Assembly (NCBI GenBank): GCA_951406725.2
Contig: OX597835.1
Location: 30,256,001-30,320,000 of the forward strand
DNA: 64,000 bases
Reading direction: 5' to 3'
From: Octopus vulgaris
Taxonomy: Eukaryota
The first letter of the stretch is position 1. Each line of letters starts with the position of its first letter. The position numbers and the translations under genes were made by a program. This document shows, piece after piece, positions 14,101-27,575 of the stretch. The notes beneath the pieces were generated by a model, which searched no databases, was not told the origin of the DNA, and saw nothing but the letters and a program-made list of their open reading frames with translations.

Positions 14101-14146
14101 AAATTACTATTTGTAAATTTCTCAGCTAGAGATATTCAGGTCTCTA

Positions 14147-14467
14147 GAGTAAAGATTTGTTGCCAACATAACATGGCAGTCCTGTTTTAGGACGACTGTT
14201 GCTGTAACTATATATTTCGAACAGGAATTTGGTAGCGCCACCTCTAGCCGAACTTATTCTGTGCTGATGAAGGGAAATAACCCGGAAATCGTGATACACA
14301 GATATTGTTTTAAGCTGAGTGGGGGTGTCAAAAACCCTTGTTTGAAAATATAAGGATAAAGATTGTGTCCTATAGCCAGCTGGAGACGATGGCTCCCGGG
14401 GCTACATAACAGCAATATTCGTCCTAAATCAAGACTGTCATCTTATATTGGCAAATATTCTTTACTC
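14147..14467 (+). mobile_element. ~320 bp inverted-repeat-bounded element containing a hammerhead ribozyme motif
   Basis: Arms 14147-14205 and 14409-14467 are reverse complements with roughly 80% pairing by manual alignment; the hammerhead core lies between them. Confidence 0.65.
14258..14302 (+). ncRNA. Minimal type-I hammerhead ribozyme motif
   Basis: tctgtg-CTGATGA-aGGG aaataa CCCg-GAAAT cgtg ATA-cacaga. It has a perfect 6 bp stem I (tctgtg/cacaga), a GGG/CCC stem II, intact CUGAUGA and GAAA, a 2 bp stem III with tetraloop and an AUA cleavage triplet. Confidence 0.75.
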
Positions 14468-14589
14468 AAGTAAAAGACTGTTGTATGTTGTCCTACTTGA
14501 TACTTTAGAAGTTGTTGCCGGGCCAGGTTGTGGCATCTTCCGTTCTGGTTCTTTTGCGATTCCCCTGTTCTAATAACCAATCAAAATAT

Positions 14590-14810
14590 TCGATCTGGTA
14601 GAATCGTTGTCCTGTCGGAAAAAAATTCTTAACAACATTCCTTTCAGCTCTTTACGTCTTGAGTTCAAATACCACCGAGGTCAACTTTGCCTTATATCGG
14701 GGTCGATAAAATAAAGCAATAGTCAAGTATTGAAGGGTCAGTTTAATTGACTTGTCCCCTCCCCTCAAAATTACTGTCCGGAAATCCTGCGATGAACCGG
14801 CGTCCTATTC
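14590..14810 (+). mobile_element. SINE family C copy (diverged)
   Basis: CTGGTAGAATCGTT...GAGTTCAAATACCACCGAGGTCAACTTTGCC..GGGGTCGATAAAATAAAG. Confidence 0.75.
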
Positions 14811-14979
14811 AGGAGAAACTTCTGACCACAGGCTCTTACACACCACAGAATCATTGAGCTTGAGGAAATATAAACGGAATAAACAAGGGTTTATCAATCC
14901 ACTTCGTACTAACACGTCTGCATGGCCGTAGATGCCATTCTGTACACATGCTCAGAGATTACGACATTTACAGAGATGT

Positions 14980-15200
14980 TTAACCCTTTATTTTTTTTTG
15001 AGAATCTCTGTGTTTATTTCAATTACTTTAAATTAATCAAAGAATTTAGTAAAATAACATAGTTATCATTAAGCTAATGTTAGGAATATAAATTGTGACT
15101 AAAGTTCGGTGGAAGATTTTAATTCAAAACTTATGAAAACAAGACATTTGTACTCAGAGCTTGAACCAGTTTCAGCCGGGTTTGTAACAAATGGGTTTAA
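14980..15200. mobile_element. piggyBac-like MITE
   Basis: TTAA-CCCTTT at 14980 and ATGGG-(T)TTAA at 15191-15200 give CCC/GGG termini with TTAA target sites around an AT-rich non-coding interior. Confidence 0.5.
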
Positions 15201-15676
15201 ACAATAAGCAAGTGTCGTCGACTATGATTTCGCAGAGCTTGTCTCTCTGACAAACTTGTAGTCGTCGGTCAAGCGAAGACCAAGACGATCTCTGCGACAA
15301 TTAAGATTTACTCACACCAATCTACTATCTACTTTTCAGCAAATGCGTTTGCTCCTTATAAAATTTATTCCATAGGGTCATACAGTTCGCGAAGGAGGTC
15401 GAAAATCTGAGAAAATCCAAGTAGCGAGGAAAAGCACTTTTGTGATCGGTATTCCCAGAAAAAAAATGCTGGGACCCATTGCCGATTAGGTACCAGTTTC
15501 ACAAAAACCTGAGTGCCTCACTTGGATCATGATAGAGATGATTCAGATGTCCCCAGAGCGATAAAATTGCTGATTAGGAATACATGTTATAAGAAGCGAT
15601 TATGCAAATACATAATACATATATACATACATACACACACACACATATACATGCATTAATATACATATGAATATGA

Positions 15677-15725
<49 letters not shown>

Positions 15726-15899
15726 CACATGATGTATGTACACATGTATATCATATATACATATAAATACAAATGAGTGGGTAAATATGTGAGTTTCAAT
15801 ATTTGTATTTGTATCACTCTCAATATCTACATATCAGATTATTTTTATCTGTATACATACAGTTATACATACATACTTACATCATACATGCATACATTC

Positions 15900-15933
<34 letters not shown>

Positions 15934-15937
15934 TTAG

Positions 15938-16035
<98 letters not shown>

Positions 16036-16259
16036 TCACGAGTGAGTGAATGCTTGTGTGTGGGGAGGATGGAAAAAGGGACGAACATATTTAGATAATT
16101 GATTTCATGCGAGCAGATCAATATATATCAACATAAATGTTGAATCATTTCAAACAAGCCATAAGGAAGAGAAAGCGCAGAGCGAAACAACGCATAGATA
16201 CTTATATATATGTATATATATATATGAATGTAGGTATATATATATGTATATATATGTGC

Positions 16260-16352
<93 letters not shown>

Positions 16353-16602
16353 CATACACATTGTATGTATGTATACGTGCATAAAGGAAAAGTAAAAGAA
16401 GGACGGAAAAGGAGAGTGGAAAAAGTACAAAAAGAGTAATAATTTGTTCGTTATAGAGATAAAGTTGTATATATTACAATACAATGATTTAGAGGAACAC
16501 GGTGTAAGGCTGTGGAGTGTATAAGGACTGCTTGATTGAAAGGTGTTTGTGAAATCTCAGTGTACATATGCCTACAGCACTGCCTTCGTGAATAACCGAA
16601 CA

Positions 16603-16668
<66 letters not shown>

Positions 16669-16866
16669 GTTTGTGTGTTTGTGTGTATGTAGGTATGGGT
16701 ATGTGTGTGTATATGTCTGTATATGTTTGTCTACGTTTATGTGTATGGAGACATATGCATTCGCATCTTTCTCTGTAGATATAATTGAATAATTAATTTG
16801 CTGCTAGTTGCTTGTATATCTACAGATACACATATATCTATATACCTATTCACACACGCATATACG

Positions 16867-16920
<54 letters not shown>

Positions 16921-17023
16921 AGGATAATTACGTGTTTATATATATATATATATATATATGCAATACTGTGCGTGTTCAATGTATGTAGTTGGATATCTAT
17001 CTATCTATCTGTCTATCTATCTA

Positions 17024-17121
<98 letters not shown>

Positions 17122-17687
17122 CTGTGAGTGTGTGTGTGTATACACACACACACACACATAATTATATACCTGTACATATAGATATACATACAATTATAGC
17201 TACACGTATATATACACATTTATAACTTAGTATATATTTACATAAATGTATGCACACACATATGCTTATACGAATACAGTGATAGATATAATGATTAGAA
17301 AAAAGAAAGCAGAGACCCAAGAACAAAAAGAATAGACACGGCAGCAGAGAATGAAACAAGATAAAGAAAAGAAGGGAATGAAGTAGGCCACGTGGTGTGT
17401 ATAATAGATTGATAAGTGCTGCAGACAGTGTATCATAAACCACAACATGGCTGCGTTACAATATACTGTTGCCGCCATATTAACACGGTACATTGTTCAG
17501 CAATGGTTTAGTCATGCGCAATGAGAATAGAATTTTCTGTAAATTTTGTATTCTAAATTCTTGTTCCAGTCGTATAGTAATTATTGGATGCGTCTGCAAA
17601 GAACATAACAATCGAAATATTGTACTGCAACTGCAAAATAATGCATAACTGTTTCATTGCGGTTTACTGCATTACTATATCGTACGT

Positions 17688-17997
17688 GGAGGCGCAATGG
17701 CCCAGTAGTTAGGGGTAGCGGACTCGCGGTCGTAGGATCGCGGTTTGGATTCCCAGACCGGGCGTTGTGAGTGTTTATTGAGCGAAAACGCCTAAAGCTC
17801 CACGAAGCTCCGGCAGGGGGTGGTGGCGATCCCTGCTGTACTCTTTCGCCACAACTTTCTCTCACTCTTTCTTCTGTTGGGCTGCTCGCTTAGCCAGCGG
17901 AGTGGCGTCATTTAAAGGCTAAAACAATGCGAAACGCATTGTGACCAGCGATGTGTAGCAACATCTGATAGCCTGGTCGGTCACAGTGATGACAATG
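17688..17997 (+). mobile_element. Full-length tRNA-derived SINE family A with 11 bp target-site duplication
   Basis: Head GGAGGCGCAATGGCCCAGTAGTTAGG (A box) ... GGTTTGGATTCCC (B box); TSD ATATCGTACGT at 17677-17687 and 17998-18008. A tail-only copy lies at ~34428-34550. Confidence 0.9.
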
Positions 17998-18049
17998 ATA
18001 TCGTACGTAAAATAGAATTTCTGTACTTTTCGTTTTATCTGTTTTATTT

Positions 18050-18490
18050 ATTTACTCTTTGCTCTTTTATTTGTTTTAGTCATTTGGCTGTGGCCATGCT
18101 GGATCACTGCCTGTAGTCGAGCGAATCGATCCCAAGACTTATTCCTTGTAAGCCTAGTACTTATTATATCGATTCCTTTTGCCGAGCCGCTAAGTTACGG
18201 GGACGTAAACACACCAGCATCGGTTGTCAAGCGATGTTGGGGGAACAAACACAGACACACAAAAAAACATATATAAATACATATACATATATACGACGGG
18301 CTTCTTTCAGTTTCCGTCTGCCGAATCCATTTCGTCTGTCTTTACGTTCTGAGTTCAAATTCCGCTCAGATTGACTTTGCCTTTCATTATTTCGATCGAT
18401 AAATTAAGTACCACTTGCGTACTGAGTCGATCTACTTGACTAGCCCGCTCCTCAAAATTTCGGGCCTCGTGCCTAGAGTAGAAAAGTTAC
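18050..18490. mobile_element. SINE family B 3' half (minus) fused to headless SINE family C (plus)
   Basis: Family B sequence runs to GTTTCCGTCTGCCGAATCC (~18328); ATTTCGTCTGTCTTTACGTTCTGAGTTCAAATTCC of family C follows. Confidence 0.8.
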
Positions 18491-19074
18491 TATGTATGTG
18501 TGTGCGTGAGTGTGTGTGTACTTAGATTACCGTATAAAAAATTTAATGTAGGTATACTCAGTCGTCAATTCCAGGACGAGACCCGTACTCCCCCATTTAT
18601 CTAAGAATCCATCGCTACGCTTCACCAACACCACCGCAGCCACCATCACCACACTACAACCACCATCATCACGATTACTCACTGCAGCAGTACAGTAGCA
18701 ATTCCACCACCACCACTACCACCACCACCACCACCTTAGAAACCTCAGATAATTTTATCTTTTGTTGTTAAGAAATGCTTCAAATGGTCGAAATAACAAG
18801 CAGTTTACAAGATAAGGTCTACAACAAGACACCAGAAACACCCACCCCACCTCTCTCTCTCTCTCTCTCCAGTTCCAGACAGCCCATCCTTCCTGTGGCC
18901 CCTTACCGAATTCTTTCCCTACTATCCTTTTCCTCTTCTACATCTTTTCCTTTACCCTCTAAACTAAAGAATTTAGTACCTTCTTAGTATTTAGGGTTTC
19001 ATGGCGTTGTTGTTTCCTCTCAGCACAACCCACCTCTTGTTCCTACCTTATTTGTCTCCCTTGTTTCCTTCTTC

Positions 19075-19383
19075 TCCTTCTCCTCCTCCTTCTTCTTCTT
19101 CTTCTTCTTCTTCTTCTTCTTCTTCTTCTTCTTCTTCTTCTTCTTCTCTTCTTCTTTTTGTTATTGTTGTTCTTCGTTGTCATCGTCGTCGTTGTCTTCT
19201 CTTTCTTCCCTCCCCTCATCCTTCTACTCCCCGCCTTCTCCTCTTCCTTCTCCTCCCCTTCCTCATTTTACTCTCCTCCTCCGACGCCTACTCTCCCTCT
19301 CCTTTTACCCCCTTCCTCTTTCTCCTCCTCCCTCTTCTTTGTCTCTCCCGGTAACAGTTTCTGTTGCAACAACAACAACAACA

Positions 19384-19461
<78 letters not shown>

Positions 19462-19469
19462 GCTGCAGC

Positions 19470-19500
<31 letters not shown>
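19075..19500. repeat. (TTC)n polypyrimidine tract and compound (AAC)(TAC)(TGC)(TGA) array
   Basis: Directly visible. Confidence 0.95.
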
Positions 19501-19501
<1 letters not shown>

Positions 19502-19954
19502 CGTCTTCTACTGCTGCTTTAATTTTCTCCTGTAGTCATAACTAATTTGATGTGACTGTTGATGGTGTTGCTGTAATTGTCATTGTTGTGTCTTCGAGTG
19601 TGTGTGTGTGCGTACGGGTGTGTGTGTGTACGTGCCTCTGTGCGGATGTACGTGCGAATCTGTATGTGTATGTGCGCGTCTTCCTGTGTATGTATTTATA
19701 TATGTGCGTGTGTGCTTATATGTCGGTTAAATCTGTTGCGCGAATTAGCTCATATACTAACGCTCGTTTGTTAGCAAACGTAGTGTACGAGCTGGATGTC
19801 TGGGTTCGATTTCCTTTGAGTACCTCTGTGTGTGTGCGTGTGTGTCTGTGTGTGCCTGTGTGTATGCTTGCGTGTGTATGTTTATATCTCTACGTCAATG
19901 TGTAACTGCATATACACACATACACGCAATAAACTTTGTTAAATGCGTGTGATG

Positions 19955-20232
19955 TTTATTCCTTCTCGAGCCATGCCTGGCTCATAAGGGCAGGTTTCCC
20001 GGTTTCCTTGGCGTATAGGTTCCCCACCTGGACGGGACGCCGGTCTGTCGCAGGTGAACTGCAAGATGCAGGAGGAAAGAGTGAGAGAAAGGTGTGGCGA
20101 AAGAGTCAGCAGAAGTTCGCCATTACCTTCTGCCGGAGCCGCGTGGAGCTTAGGTGTTTCGCTCATAAACACACACAACGCCCGGCCTGAGATTCGAACC
20201 CGCTGCTCTAACTACTGGCCATGTGCCTCCAC
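19955..20232 (-). mobile_element. SINE family A variant (A head/body, alternative tail)
   Basis: The minus strand shares GGAGGC..ATGGCC.AGTAGTTAG and AAGCTCCACG.GGCTCCGGCAG..CTCTTTCGCCACA with 17688, but ends CCTGCGACAGACCGGCGTCCCGTCCAGG..GGCATGGCTCGAGAAGG. Confidence 0.85.
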
Positions 20233-20567
20233 ACGTGTCATTATGCAAAAGCAATGATATAGAATGATAGCGTGAATATATGATCGAGGATGGGTGCATT
20301 TGTGCCTGTTTGTACACGGGGTTTACACACTGGTTTACTAATAACGATCTCAAATTTTGGCACGAGGACAGCAATTTCGAGTGAGAGCGTAAACCCATTA
20401 CATCGACCCCAGTGTTCAACTGGTGCTTCATTTTCTCGACACCCAAAATGATGGAAAACAGTGTACATGCATGAATAAATTCCAATGAATTATATAACAC
20501 CAAATTTAATTAATAAATACTTCTTCGAAACACCTCTCCATAACAACCAAGACTATATATATATATA

Positions 20568-20754
20568 AAGGGAAAGTTTACGAAAATAATAAAAAGACGA
20601 AGGCAGGTGGTGTACAAACAACAGATGTATTAGTATAACGTTCAGGAATAGAAAAAAGTCCTTTACGTTTCAAGCCTACGCTCTTCTACAGAAAGAAACA
20701 TAGAAAAAAACAAGGAGAGAAACAAGGAGAGAAAAAAATGTGTGTAGTAGCTAA

Positions 20755-20758
<4 letters not shown>
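20568..20758 (-). mobile_element. (TA)n-embedded ~190 bp element with minimal hammerhead-like motif (20661-20695); probable Penelope-like pLTR fragment
   Basis: Minus strand cttt-CTGTAGA-aGAGC gtag GCTT-GAAAC GTA-aag; homologous to 30605, 38845, 49788, 54585 and 62497. Confidence 0.65.
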
Positions 20759-20824
<66 letters not shown>

Positions 20825-21733
20825 ACACATAATTTTGGGGGGTTAATCTATATGTGATTGATTTGGAAAATTGTTTTCCAAAATTATATATATATATATC
20901 TATATATAATCCAAATAATAATGAGAGAAAGAAATTCTTTAACACTTCTTTAATGATTCGTTATAATTGATTCTGTACCATATTTGTTTGCGTTGCCAGT
21001 TTACACAAAATTTCGTGGTGAAAATTTCCGTAATGTTTGTGGTTTTAGACCTTAGAGTGGCACTGCATCATACTTGCATCAAAGGTGCGCCCTTTCATTG
21101 TGCATCTTCCAGAGATTGTTTTGGGGTTTATATCAAGAGGAAACAAAAAGTAAATAAAAGTGAGGTTAGGGGATGAATAATTGGTATAGAGATCATGTGG
21201 GAAGGATGAAGGGGAAGAATACAAAGAGACACGAAAACCCACAAAGAAATACATTCCGACTGACGGGTAATCAAGGAAAAAAGGGCCATACGTTCACATA
21301 GAAATATTGTTAGATATAATCGGACTATGTAAGAGACTGAAAGAGATAGAGAGAGAAAGAGGAGAAATCAAGCTTGCTACAACAAGCAAAAGTATAGAAA
21401 ATGATAAAAACGAAAGAAGGCTAGCTAAAAATGAAGATGATTGAGTTGGCGTTATTTTGTAAATGGCTGAATGTTTAGGGAAGAGAATACTTAAGAAGCT
21501 ATGATGGCGGCATTTGAGAGTGAACGATGGCAGTCTAATAGAAAGTGCCAGGTTTAATGAATATTTGACTCTCTTTAAGAATTACTCAGTTTGTTTGACG
21601 GTTGAGGTAGACAACACACAACATTGTCGTGTAAATACCGTAAATATATGCTTGTCGGGTATTTCTAACTTTGCGTGTATATGCGTGTTTGTACATATAA
21701 AAATGTGTATGTATACTTGTGTTTATCTTTCTG

Positions 21734-21894
<161 letters not shown>

Positions 21895-22149
21895 AAGTAT
21901 GTATGTATTTAGATATATATCCATACATCGTTATATATACATAGAACTATATACTTATGTATATACATGTATATACTGATATAATCTCTCTATATATATG
22001 ATTATGATTATAATGTACATGTATGTGTGTGTGCGCGTGTGCATGTGTGTGTGCATGCGTGTGTGTGTATACAAACAAGCATACATACATACACATTCAT
22101 ATATATTTACAAATAACGATACGTAATTACAACAACAGCAATGATGATA

Positions 22150-22182
<33 letters not shown>

Positions 22183-22574
22183 GTTCCAACATAGGCAGCG
22201 ATACTAAAATCCATGAGGGTGGGGAACAATCGATTATATCGACTCCAGTACTTCGCTGGTACTGTATTTTAGCGATACCGTCGGCGGGGTTTGAACTCAG
22301 AACTTAAGGGATCTAAGATAAATAGTGCCAGACATTTTGTGTCTAATGCTCTAACAAAGAAAACAGGCATTTCATGATGGATGCTACATGTTTAAAGCAA
22401 ATAATTCTTTCTGTATCTACAGCAAACGGGATCATGTCACTGCAACTGAAATGCTTATAGAGATACGTAGATGCCAGATACATTCTTTACCCGTGCTTCA
22501 GTTTCGACAGAACAGCAAAGAAACCAGTCTTCGAAAGCCTGCAAGGAATCTGGGCCCCTTGTCTCAAAATATTT

Positions 22575-23348
22575 ATATCTACTCTGGGCACAAGGCACGA
22601 AATTTTAAGGGAGGGGGCCAGTCGATTAGATCGACCCAAGGACGCAACTGGTACTTAATTTATCGACCCCGAAAGGATGATAGGCAAGGTCGACCTCGGC
22701 GGAATTTGAACTCAGAACGTAACGGCAGATGAAATACCTATTTCTTTTTCTTTACTACCCACAAGGGGCTAAATAGAGAGGGGTCAAACAAGGAAAGACA
22801 AACGGATTAAGTCGATTACATCGACCCCAGTGCGTAACTGGTACTTATTCAATCGACCCGAAAGGATGAAAGACAAAGTCGACTTCGGCGGAATTTGAAC
22901 TCAGGACGTAGCGGCAGACGAAATACCTATTTCTTTACTATCCACAAGGGGCCAAACATAGAGTGGACAAACAAGGACAGACAAAGGGACCAAATCGATT
23001 ACAGCGACCCCAGTGCGTAACTGGTACTTAATGTATCGATCCCGAAAGGATGATAGGCAAGGTCGACCTCGGCGGAATTTGAACTTAGAACGTAACGGCA
23101 GATGAAATACCTATTTCTTTTTCTTTACTACCCACAAGGGGCTAAACACAGAGGAGACAAACAAAGACAGACAAACGGATTAAGTCGATTATATCGACCG
23201 CAGTGCGTAACTGGTACTTACTTTATCTTCCCTAAAAGGATGACAGGCAAAGTCGACCTCGGCGGAATTTGAACTCAGAACGTAAGGGCAGACGAAATAC
23301 CGCTAAGCATTTCGCCCAGCGTGCTAACGTTTCTGCCAGCACGCCACC
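22575..23348 (-). repeat. Tandem array of four SINE family C units (189/184/190 bp spacing), one with intact tRNA head
   Basis: GAAATAC occurs at 22731, 22920, 23104 and 23294. The three internal junctions read GAAATAC|CTATTTC. The head CGCTAAGCATTTCGCCCAGCGTGCTAACGTTTCTGCCAGC is present only at the right end. Confidence 0.9.
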
Positions 23349-23431
23349 CTGTCGGCACATATATTGTAACAGTAAAAAATAAAAAAGAAACTATGACTGT
23401 ATATATATATGTATGTGGTTGTATGAGTCAA

Positions 23432-23498
<67 letters not shown>

Positions 23499-23582
23499 TA
23501 TGTCTGTGTGTGTTTGTCTATTTGAAAATGTGTGCAAAGATGTATACATGCAAATATATACACAGAATATACGTAAGATGCA

Positions 23583-23683
<101 letters not shown>

Positions 23684-23695
23684 CATATATATATA

Positions 23696-23770
<75 letters not shown>

Positions 23771-23856
23771 GTATGTATGTATATGTATCATTATATATAT
23801 GCATATGTATATATATATATATATGTACATACATACATGCATACATATATATATAT

Positions 23857-23958
<102 letters not shown>

Positions 23959-24258
23959 CACCCACAACCGCAGATACTAACACGCACACACATATATACA
24001 AAAATGTATGCCATTCCTCTCAAAGGCATCTATTATACATGATAGAATCTGGTGTTATTGACATTTGCCAACCTTCTGTTATGCTAACCATTCTTAAACA
24101 AACAAGTGAAGAAGTGCTTAAAAGTCTATCATTGCTTTTGCATAGCGACACACATTTAACAAGGCTTATGCGTGAATGTGTGTACATGCAGTTACGCTTA
24201 CACGTATAGTAGATATACAGAAACCGAAACAATCAGGGATATATCTATATACATACAT

Positions 24259-24313
<55 letters not shown>

Positions 24314-24363
24314 CGCACATACACGCACTCGTGCACGCAGTCTCACACATAATTACCTGTCTG

Positions 24364-24405
<42 letters not shown>

Positions 24406-24479
24406 GATCTATCTATCTATCTATCTATCTTAACCCTCTGTTCATTTCATTTGTGTTTTAACTCACTAGAATTATTAGC

Positions 24480-25285
24480 AAGATTGGTTGTGTGAATGCG
24501 CGTGACTTGGGGTCTCCTTGGAAACAAGGCTACCTCTTAAATTACATAAGGTCACATTATTTGGGAATCATAGCCATCAGTGAGACCAGACTCCATGAGG
24601 CACGGGCCCTAAAGTCCCTGTTTAGCGGACAGTTGAACATGTATTTTTTTCCCTGTTTGCCGAGAATGGGCGGATCGTGGCTGTGCGGTACTTATTTGCA
24701 AGAGTCTGGATCTCGAAGTAAAGTCAATATTCGTAGAACCGGAGGGTGGACTGGTCGTCCTGGATTTAGACGGCAGCAATGGGTGCACTTTTCGGATCGT
24801 ATCAGTCTACGTACCGCCTTTAACAGGTCGGCCGGATTTTTTCAACGCCTAGAAGTATTCTTAGGAATGTCTCGTCCCTTATTTTAGTGGTGGATTGGAA
24901 TGCTACCTTGGACACATGTAGAATACGTGGGCAGAGTTAAGAATAGACGGGGATGCAAATGCATCAGAGACCTGCTCAGACGCTTTCAACTATCTGACAG
25001 GTACCGACTCGACCACCCGAATGCGTCAGCTTGGACATGGAGCAACCGCATCGGGTCATCGAGATCGTATCTAGATAGGATACTGTGTGGGACAGTTGAT
25101 AGAGATAGCGTAGGGTGTCCACAATTCTACATAGTCAGTTACACGGATCACAAACTTGTGACGTGTACGCTACACTCAGGTAATACACATAGGCAGGGTC
25201 CCGGGTAATGGAAACTAAACGCGTCTTTCCCATCGAGACAGGTTTTCAGAGACCGGATTAGCATGCTGGTAAACAGGGCTTTGAC
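24480..25285 (+). pseudogene. L1/Tx1-clade LINE ORF2 apurinic-like endonuclease fragment (frameshifted)
   Basis: KIGCVNARDL..IAISETRL, VAVLI, IVSVYVP, DWNA, WTWSN..SRSYLDRIL, YTDHKLV and GPG*WKLNAS are canonical APE endonuclease motifs followed by the L1/Tx1 WKLN linker. The fragment has several frameshifts and stops. Confidence 0.88.
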
Positions 25286-25378
25286 ACACACATACACAGA
25301 CGCATATGTGTGTGTGTGTGTGTGTGTATTATGTATGTACGTATATCTATACCCATTATCTATCAATACATATATATA

Positions 25379-25452
<74 letters not shown>

Positions 25453-25894
25453 CATTACGTATGCATGTATGTATGTATGTATGTATGTATGTATGTATGT
25501 ATGTATGTATGTATGTATATACATATATACATATATATATATATATATTTATATATGTATTTATGTGTATATATATATAAGTGCATGTGCTTTTGAGTGT
25601 GCATGTGTGTCTTCCAAGCGTTTTGTTTGATGTCTTTATGAACATCTAAATGTGTGAGGAATTTGGGAAAAAGCTAAATTGAATATTAAAATTTAAATTA
25701 TAGACTGAGTTAATTATATGTGTGTCTCTGTGTATATTTTTGTATGTGTGTGTGCGTGTGTGCGTTAGTATCTAAGATGTGTGTTATTAACTAAGATGTG
25801 TGGATAAATACGTATATTTGCATGCATCTGATTATAACATGTATCTATTCACACAAATATATATGTAGGTATGTATATATACATATATACATAT

Positions 25895-25954
<60 letters not shown>

Positions 25955-25968
25955 TTTGTAAATATGTG

Positions 25969-26017
<49 letters not shown>

Positions 26018-26052
26018 CAGTAAATGAATAAATATATTAATACATATATACA

Positions 26053-26090
<38 letters not shown>

Positions 26091-26826
26091 CATACATACA
26101 TTCACATAAGTATATACATACAAAAATTCATACAAACTTGCATACATATTAATGATGTATGATGAAAGCAAATTACGCAGCCAAAATATGTTAAAACATC
26201 TGTAATTGAAATCTAAATAAATTTACTGAGAACAAACACATCTGGAAAATGAGTTAGGATTTATATAAACTTTCGTATTTCAATTGGACAGTTTAAATAT
26301 TCTTTTGGACCTCTATTCCAGGAGAGTTTTCTTTTCATTAATTTTTCTTCCCACTTTCTCCCCATCCTTATATTTTCAAATTCTCTTTCTTCCTTGTTGA
26401 TTTTTTTTTATATTTCTTTAATTCCCAATGTTAAAAACCGACATATATAAATGACCTCGTTTCTTTTTCTTCTGGTCGTCTTCCTTTTAAGTCTTGATGT
26501 TTAAAATGTATTTCACCTTATTAATGATGGTATATGCAAAGCATAATAGTTTTCTTCTTCTTTTTCTTTTCATAAGTTAGAAACGTTCTGTTTAAAAATG
26601 CTTTCTGGAACTATCATTTTCGTGGTAAAAATAATAATGAAATATTTAGAAAAATTTCCATAAATATGACTAAGATAACAGCTACAGTACAAAGGTGACC
26701 GGAGGTTGCACCTTTTCACACAAACGCTTAGACATTGTATATGCGTGTGTGCACAAACTTTCATACTTACATACTTACTCACAGATAGTCACACACACAC
26801 ACACGCACACACACACACACACACAC

Positions 26827-26859
<33 letters not shown>

Positions 26860-26957
26860 TACAGACACACACAAATATATATATATATATACATATATAT
26901 ACATATGTACATACGCACATATACGTATATATAAGCACACACACATATATACACATG

Positions 26958-26995
<38 letters not shown>

Positions 26996-27409
26996 CATAC
27001 GTACATATACGTATATATATAAGCACACAAAAGAAAACACACATATATACATATGTATATATATATATACATATATACATACATATACATATGTACATAC
27101 GTACATATACGTATATATAAGCACACACACATATATACACATATATACACATGTATGTATATATACACACATATATAAATAAATGTATTTATAGTCACAC
27201 ACTCAGATACACTCGCTCACACACATATACATACATACGTATTCCCATTTTCTGACAACCTATATATTTTATAAACCCAAGTATATTCCTTTATAAGCAA
27301 TAAATGAATATATTAGTCTATCGCTGATTCACCCTATTAAAATACATTTAGAATTCCTGCAATAAAAATTAGTTAAGGCGTGACTTTCTTACTGTTAGTT
27401 ACTGGTTGT

Positions 27410-27575
27410 TAGGTGAATAGTATAGGAGCCGCAACTGGTATTTGGTTTAATGGATTTTGGAGTATCAGCTGATAATAGAGTTAATGGATATAGCAATATC
27501 AGTTGGTAGTGGAGTTAATTATATAGGAGCATCAGTTAGTAGTTGGGTTAATGTATGGAGGGCTATCGGTTGTTC
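27410..27575. repeat. Degenerate ~31-33 bp minisatellite
   Basis: A GTTAAT..ATA.GAG.ATCAGTT.GTAGT unit recurs about 4-5 times. Confidence 0.55.

Noticed and set aside
17688-17762. tRNA gene (Arg-like)
   Set aside because: The tRNA-like part continues into a SINE body and is bounded by a TSD; it is a SINE head, as are those at 7238, 20232, 39482 and 54511.
22575-23348. Regularly spaced repeats resembling a CRISPR array
   Set aside because: Whole ~185 bp units are repeated with no unique spacers, they match a dispersed SINE, there are no cas genes and the context is eukaryotic.
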